A stretch of DNA of 64,000 nt from Alphaproteobacteria bacterium (GCA_965216755.1 CBDCGL010000011.1:4384001-4448000); one strand, 5' to 3'. Shown: positions 34,937 to 47,755, numbered from the stretch's first letter. The notes: generated by a model not told the origin, from the letters alone. Program-made: numbers and translations.

Positions 34937-35809
34937 ATGCGGGGTGTTCGATTTAATTTACCCGGCAGTCTCTTATGCCGGCATGTCCTCGCAATTCTCA
35001 GCGCATGGATGGCCATCCCGGCGGCGGCCTTGGCCCAAGAGACAGGACAGCCATTTGATTGGCAATTGGGGCTGCAAGGTGCCGCGTCCCCGATCATGGA
35101 ACAGATGGTTGGTTTCCATGACATGCTGCTGGTGATCATCACCTTGATCGCATTGTTCGTGTTGGCACTGATGGTTTACGTGCTGGTGCGTTTCAATGCC
35201 AAGGCCAACCCGGTTCCGTCCAAGACCACACACAACACGTTGCTCGAAGTGCTGTGGACCGTGGTGCCGATCGCCATCCTGGTGCTGATCGCGGTGCCCA
35301 GCTTCAAATTGCTGTACTACCAAGGCGTGTCGCCACCCGCCGATATGACGGTCAAGGCGATTGGACATCAATGGTATTGGACCTACGAATATCCGGACGA
35401 AGGGTTCACGTTTGACGCGTTCATGTTGGACGACGACTCGCTCGAGCCGGGCCAACCGCGGCTTCTTGCCACCGACTACGACGTCGTTTTGCCGGTGGGC
35501 AAGGTCGTTCGACTGATTACCACCGCCGACGATGTTATTCATTCCTGGGCGATCCCAGCTTTGGGAATCAAGCTCGATTCGATTCCGGGTCGCGCCAACG
35601 AAACGTGGCTCTATATCGATCAGCCGGGCATGTATTACGGACAATGTTCCGAGCTGTGTGGCGTCAATCACGCGTTCATGCCGATCGCGGTGCGCGCGCT
35701 GTCGGAAGATGACTATAACGCTTGGCTTACGACCGCACGTGAGGAGTTTGCTCGCATCGGGGATGGGCCAATCGTCGCGCAGAGCGCCGCATCAGCCAGC
35801 AACGAATAG
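34937..35809 (+). CDS. coxB: Cytochrome c oxidase subunit II
   Basis: HNTLLEVLWT, GHQWYWTYEY, DVIHSW, CuA motif GQCSELCGVNHAFM. Confidence 0.97.
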   Translation: MRGVRFNLPGSLLCRHVLAILSAWMAIPAAALAQETGQPFDWQLGLQGAASPIMEQMVGFHDMLLVIITLIALFVLALMVYVLVRFNAKANPVPSKTTHNTLLEVLWTVVPIAILVLIAVPSFKLLYYQGVSPPADMTVKAIGHQWYWTYEYPDEGFTFDAFMLDDDSLEPGQPRLLATDYDVVLPVGKVVRLITTADDVIHSWAIPALGIKLDSIPGRANETWLYIDQPGMYYGQCSELCGVNHAFMPIAVRALSEDDYNAWLTTAREEFARIGDGPIVAQSAASASNE

Positions 35810-37438
<1,629 letters not shown>

Positions 37439-37486
37439 AAAACGTTCCAGATCCCTTTCAAGGGGGCTTCAATCGACGCAAATTTG

Positions 37487-37520
37487 GGGTGTGCCGCACG
37501 CTACGGCACACTCTTTTTTT
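37487..37520 (+). terminator. Rho-independent terminator after coxBA
   Basis: GGGTGTGCCG-N7-CGGCACACTC followed by T7. Confidence 0.8.
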
Positions 37521-37536
37521 ATTGTCGGAAAGCGCG

Positions 37537-38889
37537 CTAAATGGCCTTCGCATGTCGCGCCGCGTCGTCCCGCAAGTAAGCATCGAACGCGGCGCAGGCG
37601 GCGCGTACAAACGGCCGGCCGGCTTCAGTCACTTGAATACGCCAGCCATCCCGCCGTACCAGGCCGTCCGCGGCCATGGCATCGAGCGGCGCCAAGCTCG
37701 ATTGGAAGTGGGAGGTCGGTACGTCATAGGCGTCACATAATGCCGCGACGTCGACGTTCAGCGCACACATCAATTGTTCAATGATCGCACGCCGAAGGCG
37801 GTCGTCGTCATCGATTGACCGGCCCCGAACCGTCGCCAACGCGGACGCATCGATAGCCTCGACATACGCACGCGGGTCCGGCTCGCTCTGAACATATCCT
37901 TGTGGCAGGGCACCGATGGCTGAAGCGCCGAAACCAAGCAAGGCTGTGCCACGATCCGTCGTATAGCCCTGAAAATTCCGCCGCATCGTACCAGCGGCCG
38001 CGGCGACCGCCAGGGGGTCATCGGCGCGGGCGAAATGATCCAACCCGATCGGCTGGTAATCGGCAGCGCGCAGTCTATCGTAGACCGCGTCAAATTGACG
38101 CAAGCGCTGATGGCTGCCGGGCAAGGCGTCATCATCGATCAGACGCTGGTGTCGTTTCATCCAGGGCACGTGGGCGTAGCCGAACAAGGCGATGCGGGCT
38201 GGTGCCAAACCGATCACCTGGTCGACAGTGGCGACGACGTCATCCAAGGATTGGTGCGGCAAGCCATACATCAGATCGATGTTGATTGCGGTGATCCCGG
38301 CGCCGCGTAGGCGCGCCACGGCATCGGCCGTGACGTCGTATGGCTGAATGCGGTTGATCGCCCGTTGGACACGCGCCGACAAGTCTTGCACGCCCAGACT
38401 CGCACGTGTGAAGCCAAGTGCTGCGAGCGTTTCGACAGTTTCATCCGACAATGTTCGCGGGTCGATCTCGATCGCCCATTCCGTCATGTCGTGGCCGGCA
38501 AAGCCGGCGCGCACGTGCTCGGCCAGTCGTTGCATCAATTCCGGTGGCAAAATGGTCGGTGTGCCGCCGCCAAAATGCACATGATCGACCTGGCGATGTG
38601 AACCCAGCGCGTCGATCACAGTTTCTACTTCGCGGATTAGGGTGTCGCAGTAGGTTCGCAATGGTGCGTTACGCCGGACAACCCGCATATTGCAGCCGCA
38701 GAACCAGCACAGGCTGCGACAAAACGGCACGTGAAAATAGAGCGACAGGGACATATCACGCGGTAAATCGGCCAACCACGCGCGATAAACCTCGCGGGTC
38801 ACGCCGACGTGGAAATGGGGCGCGGTTGGATAGCTGGTGTAACGCGGCAGGCGCCGGTCGTATTTTGCAGCGAGCGTTTCGCGGTTCAT
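37537..38889 (-). CDS. hemN: Oxygen-independent coproporphyrinogen III oxidase
   Basis: PRYTSYPTA, HVPFCRSLCWFCGC, HFGGGTPT, GLDHF, RRNFQGY. Confidence 0.95.
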   Translation of the reverse strand: MNRETLAAKYDRRLPRYTSYPTAPHFHVGVTREVYRAWLADLPRDMSLSLYFHVPFCRSLCWFCGCNMRVVRRNAPLRTYCDTLIREVETVIDALGSHRQVDHVHFGGGTPTILPPELMQRLAEHVRAGFAGHDMTEWAIEIDPRTLSDETVETLAALGFTRASLGVQDLSARVQRAINRIQPYDVTADAVARLRGAGITAINIDLMYGLPHQSLDDVVATVDQVIGLAPARIALFGYAHVPWMKRHQRLIDDDALPGSHQRLRQFDAVYDRLRAADYQPIGLDHFARADDPLAVAAAAGTMRRNFQGYTTDRGTALLGFGASAIGALPQGYVQSEPDPRAYVEAIDASALATVRGRSIDDDDRLRRAIIEQLMCALNVDVAALCDAYDVPTSHFQSSLAPLDAMAADGLVRRDGWRIQVTEAGRPFVRAACAAFDAYLRDDAARHAKAI

Positions 38890-38964
38890 GGCGCGCATCA
38901 TGGCGGCTGTATGCCGCTCGGCCTTAAAATGCATTAGCGGATTAAGATGACATCCGAGGCGGGG

Positions 38965-39222
38965 TCAGCATTCGTTGAGTGTGCCATCCGGCGCGTGACA
39001 GGCGGGTCTGAGAACGTATTCCGGTGGGCAAGTCGCGTCGCCGGTTTCGGTCCAAACGACCGGCTGTGGTGGGTCGGTCAGGGATGACCGCGCGACCGGC
39101 ATGCAGACGCAATCGCGAAATTGGCATGCTCCTTCCAAGCCTTCGGTGGGCGCCCGTGTGCCCACGCATCCCGCCGTCGCGCACCCGAGTGCCGCCCACA
39201 TCGCGGCGATCCGCCACATCAT
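38965..39222 (-). CDS. Small Cys-rich lipoprotein
   Basis: AAGGAA RBS; lipobox TAGC; CQFRDCVC...TCPPEY. Confidence 0.65.
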   Translation of the reverse strand: MMWRIAAMWAALGCATAGCVGTRAPTEGLEGACQFRDCVCMPVARSSLTDPPQPVVWTETGDATCPPEYVLRPACHAPDGTLNEC

Positions 39223-39335
39223 CTTGGTCCCATTCCTTGCTCTTTCTGGTCATAAATGGTGGTGTATAAGTTTATGTAAGTCAGTAAGTTTCATCTATTG
39301 TCTTAGGCTGTATCTTAAGTTCAAAGGCGCCCGGA

Positions 39336-40487
39336 TCACAATTCTGCGGCGGCGATATCGGCGCCTTCGCGCAACGTTCTTAACTTTGCCCAAACCACGT
39401 CGGGTGCGACAAAAGAATCTCCAGCCAGGGTCCCGAAACCGCAGTCGGTGCCGACGATGATTCGCGTGCGGTCACCCACCGCGGCCACAGCACGGCCGAT
39501 GCGCTCGGCGACAACGCGGGGATGTTCAACATAATTGTTCGTGGTCTCGATGACGCCCGGCACCAAGGTCACGTCGTTCGGCAGTGTCGCCGTGCGAAAC
39601 GCGTCGATCTCGTGTTGGTGGCGCGGGTTGGCATACGGCAAACAGATCGCGCCGACATGCGCTTCATAGATCAGCGGCAATATGTCTGGACTGGGGACAT
39701 CGTGAACATGCGGGCTATCGCGATTGCCCCAGCAGGCGTGCAGGCGCACCCGATCCGGCGGGATTTCACCCAGCGCGCGATTGATCGCGGCGATGTGCAT
39801 TTCCACACATGACAGAAATTCAGTGTGGCTCTTGTCTTGAAAGAAGCCGGCCCGTTCCATGGCAATGTCCGGCGCATCGACTTGCAATGTGAAGCCGGCT
39901 TCAACGACCAGCCGATACTCTTTGGCAATTTCGTCGGCGACTGCGAACAAATATGCCTCGTGGCTGTCGTAATACTGATTCATCAATGTCGTGGTCACTA
40001 TTCCCGGTGACGCGGCGGTCACGAAAGCGTCCGTGACGGTGCGGCCCCGTGCCTGCAAGCAATCACGAAACATCGCGCATTCGTCGCGTGCGGGACCCAA
40101 ATCATGATATTGGACGGGCGCGATGGCAGCTGGCGCGTCATAGACCCGGGCACGCCGCACGCCGCTGCCGCGAATTTGTGCCAACCATTCGGGAAAGAGC
40201 TTGGCATCCAGTGGCAATGGCCGGTTCGATTGGCCGCCAAAGCCGGCCATGCGCTGGGCGACGTAGGTCGAAAAACTAATGCGCGGGATCTCTCCATCAC
40301 CGATGATGTCGATGCCGCATGCGATCTGTTTATCCACTGCGCTGGCCATCGCCCGCGCGCATTCGTCACGGAGGGCCACGGGGTCGACGGTCTCGTTGTT
40401 TTCCGTCGCCAGCAACAAGGTGGCGAGCGGTTCACCGCGCGGCAGGCTGCCCATATGGGTGGTCAGGAATCGGTCGGAAGAAGCCAT
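39336..40487 (-). CDS. Cobalamin-independent methionine synthase II family protein
   Basis: LTTHMGSLPR, DGE, AASPG, LQVDAPD, LHACWGN, ANPRH, GTDCGF. Confidence 0.9.
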   Translation of the reverse strand: MASSDRFLTTHMGSLPRGEPLATLLLATENNETVDPVALRDECARAMASAVDKQIACGIDIIGDGEIPRISFSTYVAQRMAGFGGQSNRPLPLDAKLFPEWLAQIRGSGVRRARVYDAPAAIAPVQYHDLGPARDECAMFRDCLQARGRTVTDAFVTAASPGIVTTTLMNQYYDSHEAYLFAVADEIAKEYRLVVEAGFTLQVDAPDIAMERAGFFQDKSHTEFLSCVEMHIAAINRALGEIPPDRVRLHACWGNRDSPHVHDVPSPDILPLIYEAHVGAICLPYANPRHQHEIDAFRTATLPNDVTLVPGVIETTNNYVEHPRVVAERIGRAVAAVGDRTRIIVGTDCGFGTLAGDSFVAPDVVWAKLRTLREGADIAAAEL

Positions 40488-40520
40488 GCTGCATTTTCGA
40501 CGAAATTCGTTGTCGGTTCC

Positions 40521-40967
40521 ATGAGCATGGCGGTGCATGGCGTTGGCTGGTCATTTGACGCCGATAATATGCCGGCGGCAAAAGGCGCTTATGTCTTGTG
40601 GCTGAGGATCCAACCCGACCTTTGGTTAGCGCGGTTTGGGCGCGTTCTGGCGCGGGGCTCATATTGTTATGTCGGCAGCGCCCGTGGGCCCGGGGGGCTG
40701 CGCGCTCGGTGCGGGCGCCATTTGCGCGGAGACGGGCGGCGCCACTGGCACGTTGACGATCTAACCGCTGTCGCCGCTTCTCGTGCCGTTTTGGCGGTCG
40801 TCGACGGCGATGAATGTGCTTTGGCGCGACGACTGGTTCAGCGGTGTGGGGCGCAGCCTGAAATATCGGGCTTTGGCAGCAGCGACTGTCGCAGCTGTGT
40901 GACCCATCTTCTCCGCATGCCACAGGTTGCGACAGGCCAACCACCGCCGCATTCGCTGTTCGATTGA
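40521..40967 (+). CDS. DUF123 / GIY-YIG (Uri superfamily) nuclease
   Basis: KGAYVL, YCYVGSARGPGGLRAR..RH, HWHVD, GFGSSDC..C.THL. Confidence 0.85.
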   Translation: MSMAVHGVGWSFDADNMPAAKGAYVLWLRIQPDLWLARFGRVLARGSYCYVGSARGPGGLRARCGRHLRGDGRRHWHVDDLTAVAASRAVLAVVDGDECALARRLVQRCGAQPEISGFGSSDCRSCVTHLLRMPQVATGQPPPHSLFD

Positions 40968-41162
40968 AGGATTTGAACTTGGCGCCGTCGGCCATGCGTA
41001 GGGATCACGCCAGCCCATTGGGGTTTGGAATGCCAGCTATTCACTGAATATCGCAAAATCCAGGCGTTAGAATTGGCACGAACATGGCGCTCGGGCACCT
41101 GGCACGGCTGTCGCCCGGGTGCGCCGAGAGAAACGTCCATGCGATGTGAAGGAGGTTTGTTC

Positions 41163-42989
41163 ATGTTATCGCGATCGGTTGGCAGAGCGGCCGCCTTGTT
41201 GCTTGGCGGGTTTTTGATGCTATCTGTTGCGGCGGGCGCCGCCGCGGCGGCGGACTGGCAGGGCGATCTGTCACCGATTGGGCCTGAAGACTGGACCCGA
41301 GACCGCGCGGCGCATCTGTTGGAGCGCGCCGGCTTCGGAGGTACGCCGGCGGATATCGATCGTCTGGCCGCGATGAGCCCGGACGCTGCCGTACGACATC
41401 TCGTAAATTATGAGTCCGTTGATAACAGCCACTTGCCGGCATTCGATCATTCCGGAGTTCATGATCCAGGGCTGATTGATTTTCCGCCGAGCCGGCCGGC
41501 GACGACGCAGCTCGCCAAAGAAGCCGGTGAGGCGCTTGGCATAAAAGTTAAGCCGTCTGGCAACCGGCCACTGCAACCTGTTGTTAATAAATTCTTTTAC
41601 TGGCTGCGCGCCAGCATGCTGGAGACCCGCCGCGTGGCCTATTGGTGGGCCGACCGCATGCTCAATGGCGAACGCCCTTTGGAAGAAAAAATGACCCTGT
41701 TCTGGCATGGCCACTTTGCCAATAGCGAAAGCAAGGTGCGCGATTACCGGAAGATGCTGCAGCAAAACGAGACGTTTCGGCGTCACGCCACGGGGAATTT
41801 TCGCACTTTGATGGTCGCTGTCGCGCAAGATCCGGCGATGCTCTATTTCCTCGATGCTGGCGTTAATGTGAAAGGCGCGCCGAACGAGAATTTTGCCCGC
41901 GAGATCATGGAACTGTTCACGATGGGCGTGGGCAACTACAGCGAAACGGATATTCGCGAAGCGGCGCGGGCCTTTACGGGATGGAATTCCGACGACCTCA
42001 CGTTCATCATCCATTCCGACCTGCACGACGAAAGCGAGAAAACTGTCTTGGGTCGAACCGGCGCGTATGACGGCGTCGAGGTTATCGACATCATCATGGA
42101 TCAGCCGATCACGGCCTCTTATGTGTCAGGCAAGTTGTATCGCTATTTTGTGCGCGATGCGCTGTCGGAGGATCTGCGTGATCAACTGGCCGCAATTCTC
42201 CGCGACAGTAATTATGAGCTGAAACCGCTGTTGCGGACTATTTTCCTGTCGCGAGATTTTTACAGTGAGGCGACGATTGGCACCCGCTTCAAGGGCCCCG
42301 TCGAGCTTGCAGTATCGACATACAAAAAGCTTGGCCTTTCCGAGATCCCGGGCATTCCGGATTTCAACGAAGTCACGTCGAGTCTGGGGCAAACTCTTTT
42401 TTGGCCGCCGACTGTGGCTGGTTGGGCGCACGGGCGAAGCTGGATCACGCCCGGCTTGTTGTTGGAGCGTGGCAACTTCGCACGTAACGTTTTGTTTCCT
42501 GATATCAACTTTCTGCCGCACGATCGTTATCCTGCGGATGGCACGATTCGGGCCGTCAATGAACGCATCAAAGATGGTGCAGACATCACGAGGGCGACCA
42601 TTCCCCAGTCGGATGCCTCCGGCGGCATGATGGCTGAATCGAACATGATGGCTGACCGCGACGAGGACTTTAACACGCGCTTTGGATCGTACCGTGGCTG
42701 GCAGATGGCCATACAACGGGTTAAGCAGATCCCCCGCGATACCGCGCGCATTGACTTGTCGGGTATGGTGCTGGATGCGGGCTTGCAAACCAGCGAGCAA
42801 GTCGTCGACTATTTCTTGGCGCGTTTTCTGGCGGTGCCGATCGGCGCGAAAGAACGCGATATGCTAATCGCGTTTTTGGATGAAGAATTGGGCACGGCGG
42901 ACATCGCGCGTGCCGAAACCTATTTGGAGGATCCTTTACGGATGCTTCTGCACTTGATTATGAGCCAGCCGGAATATCAACTTGGCTGA
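41163..42989 (+). CDS. DUF1800 domain protein (exported)
   Basis: AAHLLERAGFG, EKMTLFWHGHFA, PAMLYFLD, PNENFAREIMELFTMG, PPTVAGW, PEYQL. Confidence 0.92.
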   Translation: MLSRSVGRAAALLLGGFLMLSVAAGAAAAADWQGDLSPIGPEDWTRDRAAHLLERAGFGGTPADIDRLAAMSPDAAVRHLVNYESVDNSHLPAFDHSGVHDPGLIDFPPSRPATTQLAKEAGEALGIKVKPSGNRPLQPVVNKFFYWLRASMLETRRVAYWWADRMLNGERPLEEKMTLFWHGHFANSESKVRDYRKMLQQNETFRRHATGNFRTLMVAVAQDPAMLYFLDAGVNVKGAPNENFAREIMELFTMGVGNYSETDIREAARAFTGWNSDDLTFIIHSDLHDESEKTVLGRTGAYDGVEVIDIIMDQPITASYVSGKLYRYFVRDALSEDLRDQLAAILRDSNYELKPLLRTIFLSRDFYSEATIGTRFKGPVELAVSTYKKLGLSEIPGIPDFNEVTSSLGQTLFWPPTVAGWAHGRSWITPGLLLERGNFARNVLFPDINFLPHDRYPADGTIRAVNERIKDGADITRATIPQSDASGGMMAESNMMADRDEDFNTRFGSYRGWQMAIQRVKQIPRDTARIDLSGMVLDAGLQTSEQVVDYFLARFLAVPIGAKERDMLIAFLDEELGTADIARAETYLEDPLRMLLHLIMSQPEYQLG

Positions 42990-43011
42990 TGGCGTGAGGA
43001 GGGTTGATCCC

Positions 43012-44247
43012 ATGACAAGGCAAAACAATCACGGCGCGGCGGCCTCGCGTCGACAAGTGTTGCGCGCTGGACTTGGGGGCGCCGCCTTGGGCGCGGGCAC
43101 CGTGCTGTCGCCGACACTATTGCGCAAGGCCTTGGCGGCCGATGCTGCGACGCGCAATCGCATTCTCGTCGTGCTCGAGCTCTCTGGCGGCAATGACGGT
43201 CTGAACACGGTGGTGCCCTACGCCGACGATGCCTATTACAGGCTGCGACCGACCATCAGCGTGAAGCCGGAGTCGGTTCTGAAAATCGACGACCACTTTG
43301 GCTTCAATCCCGGTTTGGTCGGGTTTGAACGGCTCTACAAGGATGGGCAATTCGCGGTTTTCCACGGCTGCGGCTATGAAAACCCCTCATTCTCGCACTT
43401 TACGTCGATGGCCTATTGGCACACCGGTGCGCCAAATTCCGGCGCCGAGTATGGCTGGGTTGGTCGTTTGGCGGACGCCACGCAGCCGGGTGGCGCGCCC
43501 AACTACATCGTTAATATCGACGCCACGCAGTCGCTTGCGGTGCGCAGCCGCGACCATGTTCCGGTTGTTTTCGACGATCCGACGAAGTTTGCGCGCCAGG
43601 GATTCTTTCAAGAGCAATCCATGTTCCAGCATGTCGCGCGTGGCGATGACGCGACCAATCCGTCACGACGATATCTGCTGGATATCGCGCGCAGCGCCAT
43701 CGATGCCTCGGCCCTGGTGCGCGAAGCTTGGAGCACGTATCGCACGCCGGTCGACTATGGGCTGGTCCCTCTGGACATGGACAAGATCGCAGCCCTGATC
43801 GCGGCGGACTTGCCAACCCGGCTCTACTACACGTCGTTTCGGAACAATGCCTTCGATACCCATGTTCATCAAGGCGCGCTGCATCAGCGTTTGTTGACCT
43901 ATGTTGCGGATGCGGTCGCCGGTTTCATGACGGACATGGAACGTATTGGTCGCGCAGATGACGTCGTACTGTTGATGTTTTCTGAGTTCGGCCGTCGGGT
44001 GCCCGAGAATACCAGCCTGGGTACGGATCACGGCGCCGCCGGCATGATGTTTCTGGTCGGCAAGCCGGTCAAGGGCGGACATTATGGCGATGTACCGCGC
44101 CTGACGACTCTGGACGACGGCGACAATCTGGCGTACACGACCGACTTTCGCCGGGTCTACGCAACGGTGATCGAAGGTTGGCTTGGTCACCCGAACGCTG
44201 CGGAGGTCTTGGGCGAGGGATTTGAGACTTTCCCGGTCTTCGCCTAA
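43012..44247 (+). CDS. DUF1501 domain protein (Tat signal)
   Basis: SRRQVL; LSGGNDGLNTVVP, SHF, FDTH, SEFGRR..EN..GTDHG, DFRRVYA. Confidence 0.92.
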   Translation: MTRQNNHGAAASRRQVLRAGLGGAALGAGTVLSPTLLRKALAADAATRNRILVVLELSGGNDGLNTVVPYADDAYYRLRPTISVKPESVLKIDDHFGFNPGLVGFERLYKDGQFAVFHGCGYENPSFSHFTSMAYWHTGAPNSGAEYGWVGRLADATQPGGAPNYIVNIDATQSLAVRSRDHVPVVFDDPTKFARQGFFQEQSMFQHVARGDDATNPSRRYLLDIARSAIDASALVREAWSTYRTPVDYGLVPLDMDKIAALIAADLPTRLYYTSFRNNAFDTHVHQGALHQRLLTYVADAVAGFMTDMERIGRADDVVLLMFSEFGRRVPENTSLGTDHGAAGMMFLVGKPVKGGHYGDVPRLTTLDDGDNLAYTTDFRRVYATVIEGWLGHPNAAEVLGEGFETFPVFA

Positions 44248-44256
44248 AAGGAACGA

Positions 44257-45939
44257 TTATCGTTTCTGCGTTTTGGCCCAGCTGTCGCGCAGCGCTACCG
44301 TGCGATTGAAGACGGGGTGGCCGGGTGTGCCGTCGCGATCGGGGGTGAAATAGCCCAATCTTTCGAACTGAACGGTCTCACCGGCTTGCGCGGCGGCGAG
44401 CGCCGGCTCCAATTGCGCGTCGGATATGACCTCGATTGATTTGGGGTTGAGGTCGTCGAGCACGTCGCCGTCGGCGCCGGGATCGGGTCGCGCAAACAAG
44501 TGGTCGTACAGCCTGACCTCAGAGGTGACCGCGTGTGCTGCTGATACCCAATGCAACGTCGCCTTGACTTTACGGCCATCGGGGGCATTGCCGCCGCGAG
44601 TTTCGGGATCATACGTACAGCGGAGTCCGATGACGGTCCCGTCGGCATCCTTGATCACTTCTTGGCACGTGATGAAATACGCATAGCGCAGGCGGACTTC
44701 GCGACCCGGTGCCAAGCGAAAGAATTTTTTTGGCGGATCTTCCATGAAATCATCGCGCTCGATAAACAGCTCGCGGCCAAATGGGATCGACCGACGCCCC
44801 GCCGTGTCATCGTTGGGATTGTTGACCGCATCCAAGGATTCCGTGTGATCGTCGGGATAGTTGTCGATAGTAATTTCTAGTGGCCGCAAAACGGCCATGC
44901 GACGTGCCGCACGTGTGTTGAGATTTTCGCGCACGCAATGCTCCAACATCGCATATTCGACCACACCCTGGCTTTTGGCGACGCCCAGCCGCCCAATAAA
45001 ATCCCGAATGGCCGCAGCCGGGAAACCCCGTCGGCGTAGCCCCGACAAGGTCGGCATCCGTGGGTCATCCCAACCCGCGACGTGACCGTCCCGCACAAGT
45101 TGGAGCAAACGCCGCTTGGATAAAACCGTATGGGTTAGATTCAGTCGGGCAAATTCATACTGTCGGGGGTGTGACGGCACCGGCAAATTGTCCATAAACC
45201 AGTCATAGAGCGGCCGGTGATCTTCGAACTCCAAAGTACACAACGAATGGGTGATACCCTCGATGGCATCCGATTGGCCGTGGGCGAAATCGTAAGTGGG
45301 ATAGATTTTCCACGCTGTCCCGGTGCGCGGATGTTCGGCGTGCAGAATCCGATAGATCACCGGATCACGCAGGTTGATATTGCCCGATGCCATGTCGATC
45401 TTCGCCCGTAGCGCGCGGCTGCCGTCGGCGAATTCACCGGCGCGCATGCGGGCAAACAAGTCCAGGCTTTCGGCGATCGGCCGGTCACGAAAGGGGCTAT
45501 CGCGGCCGGGCTCGGTCAGCGTGCCGCGATGCGTGCGAATTTCGTCGGCCGATAGATCATCTACATAGGCCAGTCCATTTTCGATCAAATGGACGGCCCA
45601 TTGATACAGCTGCTCGAAATAATCGGAGGCGTGATATGTGTGCGCGCCCCAGTCAAAACCGAGCCAACGGACATCGGCTTCAATTGCTTTGATATAGGCC
45701 AGCTCTTCCTTTGTTGGGTTGGTATCGTCGAATCGCAAATGACATCGGCCACCAAATTCCCGAGCGATTCCGAAATTGAGACAAATCGATTTGGCGTGGC
45801 CGATATGAAGATAGCCATTCGGTTCCGGGGGGAACCGCGTCACGATGCGATCGTGTTGGCCGGTCTTGATGTCGTCGCGAATGATGTCGCGAATAAAATC
45901 GACGTTTTCGGGTGCGTCGGTCGTGGCGTCGGCGGTCAT
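44257..45939 (-). CDS. glnS: Glutaminyl-tRNA synthetase
   Basis: [72 protein letters not shown]. Confidence 0.95.
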   Translation of the reverse strand: MTADATTDAPENVDFIRDIIRDDIKTGQHDRIVTRFPPEPNGYLHIGHAKSICLNFGIAREFGGRCHLRFDDTNPTKEELAYIKAIEADVRWLGFDWGAHTYHASDYFEQLYQWAVHLIENGLAYVDDLSADEIRTHRGTLTEPGRDSPFRDRPIAESLDLFARMRAGEFADGSRALRAKIDMASGNINLRDPVIYRILHAEHPRTGTAWKIYPTYDFAHGQSDAIEGITHSLCTLEFEDHRPLYDWFMDNLPVPSHPRQYEFARLNLTHTVLSKRRLLQLVRDGHVAGWDDPRMPTLSGLRRRGFPAAAIRDFIGRLGVAKSQGVVEYAMLEHCVRENLNTRAARRMAVLRPLEITIDNYPDDHTESLDAVNNPNDDTAGRRSIPFGRELFIERDDFMEDPPKKFFRLAPGREVRLRYAYFITCQEVIKDADGTVIGLRCTYDPETRGGNAPDGRKVKATLHWVSAAHAVTSEVRLYDHLFARPDPGADGDVLDDLNPKSIEVISDAQLEPALAAAQAGETVQFERLGYFTPDRDGTPGHPVFNRTVALRDSWAKTQKR

Positions 45940-46161
45940 GGTTCGGCTTTCACGCGACATGAGACTATGGGTCGAGGCGTCAACTGCGGCGGACGGGGGC
46001 GCAGCGACGACGGGACTTGTTTAGTCTCGGTTGGCAACAACGTCCAGGTTTTGGGGTGCGGGCGCCCATTCGACAAGGGCGCGATCGCACCGTGCCAGAG
46101 CCAACGGATGCAGGTTTGGCACGCCGCCATTGGCATCGATGCGGAGATTGAGCGTGATGCG

Positions 46162-47361
46162 TTAGTCTTCGAGGATAATTTCGACGCGACGGTTTTGTGG
46201 TTCGCGCACATCGTTGGCGGTTTGAACCAGCGGCTCTTCTTCACCCCTGGCCACCAGCATGATCGAAGTGGCCGGCACGCCTTCGCGCATCAGGATCGTT
46301 GCGACCGCGTCGGCGCGCCGCCGTGACAGATTCTCATTGTATCGTTTCGCTCCGGAACTGTCGGTGTGACCGGCGAGCAAGATCTCTGTGACGCTATAGG
46401 CATAGGCCGTCGTTGCGGCACTGACCACCACTTGCTCGGCTTCCGCTGTCACGGTCGCGCTGTCCCAATCGAAGAACACCAAATAGGACCTTTGGATATC
46501 TTGGAGTGATTCTGGTTCCGGTGTTGGTTCCGGCGCGGGCGCGGACTCAGTCGCGGTCTCCGGTTTCGGTTCGGGCCTCGGCGCCGTGCTTGCCACCCCC
46601 GACACCGGTTCCGCTGGCGTCACGGGTGCGCCAAACTGGTAGCGTATCCCCAACAGCAGATTGTGGCTGGCGAAGTCGGTCTCGATATCCAAACCCGCCG
46701 CGGTATCGAACTCGGCCCCATGGGTGCGGAAATACCGATAATCGAGAGACAGCAAAAGCGCCGGCGTGAGCGCGTAGCTCGCGCCCAGGAGCCCTTGATA
46801 GGCCACTGTCGTGGCCTCGTCGCGCATGGTCGTGCCGCCAATCCCCAGGTTATCGATGTCCAAATGCGCGCCGCCGACGCCTAGCCCGGCATAGGGCACG
46901 ATCCGGCTGTTCGGAATCAAGTCGATCACCGCGTTGGCCATCATGGAAATGGCGGTCACCGCGCCACCCGACGAAACCGAGCCCACCGCGTCCGCATCGT
47001 GGTCGCGCCAACCAAGTTCCAATTCAGTACGCAGTCCGAATCCAGGCAATGCAGCCTGACCAAAATTGTAGCCGGCCGCAGCAATCGCGACGAGACCACT
47101 GTCCCATTCTATGTCTGTATTGATCCCGGGACCTTCGGCATCCGCGTCAAGTGGCACGCTCACACCTGCACCGGCGCCAACATAGAAGCCGCGCAGCTCC
47201 CACGCGATGTCGTCGGCAGGCTGGGCCCACGCTAATGATCCGAGGTAGCAAATCGCTCCGGCCACACACCCCACCCGTAACAGCGGTTTGTCGCTGTAAC
47301 GAGCGCCAAACGCCATCGTTTTCCTTGTCTTAACAATCAAGCGCGACACGCTAAGCCACAT
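46162..47361 (-). CDS. OmpA family outer-membrane protein (beta-barrel + peptidoglycan-binding domain)
   Basis: GFYVGAGAG...PYAGLGVG...GIRYQFG barrel; Pro/Glu linker; VFFDWDS...GHTDSSG...NENLSRRRA...EPQNRRVEI. Start uncertain. Confidence 0.9.
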   Translation of the reverse strand: MWLSVSRLIVKTRKTMAFGARYSDKPLLRVGCVAGAICYLGSLAWAQPADDIAWELRGFYVGAGAGVSVPLDADAEGPGINTDIEWDSGLVAIAAAGYNFGQAALPGFGLRTELELGWRDHDADAVGSVSSGGAVTAISMMANAVIDLIPNSRIVPYAGLGVGGAHLDIDNLGIGGTTMRDEATTVAYQGLLGASYALTPALLLSLDYRYFRTHGAEFDTAAGLDIETDFASHNLLLGIRYQFGAPVTPAEPVSGVASTAPRPEPKPETATESAPAPEPTPEPESLQDIQRSYLVFFDWDSATVTAEAEQVVVSAATTAYAYSVTEILLAGHTDSSGAKRYNENLSRRRADAVATILMREGVPATSIMLVARGEEEPLVQTANDVREPQNRRVEIILED

Positions 47362-47755
47362 CTCCTAATGTGTTACGGAAAAAGTAATGCAGCTATGAGG
47401 TAGCCAATACGTGAATTCGTCCTCATGCACCTTACGAATTGTTGCCCGTGACCGGCAATTGATTTCTCGCATGGGGGGTCACCGACTCGGGCTTGGTGTG
47501 TGGGTCCGCGATGCGTCACGATCAGCGCGTGCAATCGACCCCGGCCATCGCACCGCGCTCAAGAAAGCCGCTGCCGCGCCGGATACAAAAAAGGATGCCC
47601 GCCTGGCCGTGGCGCCTGGTTTGATCATGTTTTGTTCTCGCCGTTCCTCACCGCGATCGGATTGATGCAATTTGACAACAATTCTTGTAAAATTATCGAA
47701 TTGATGGGGAAGAAAACCGGCGTTGGGGGGGCCGGAGAACTTTAAGAGGGGGCCA

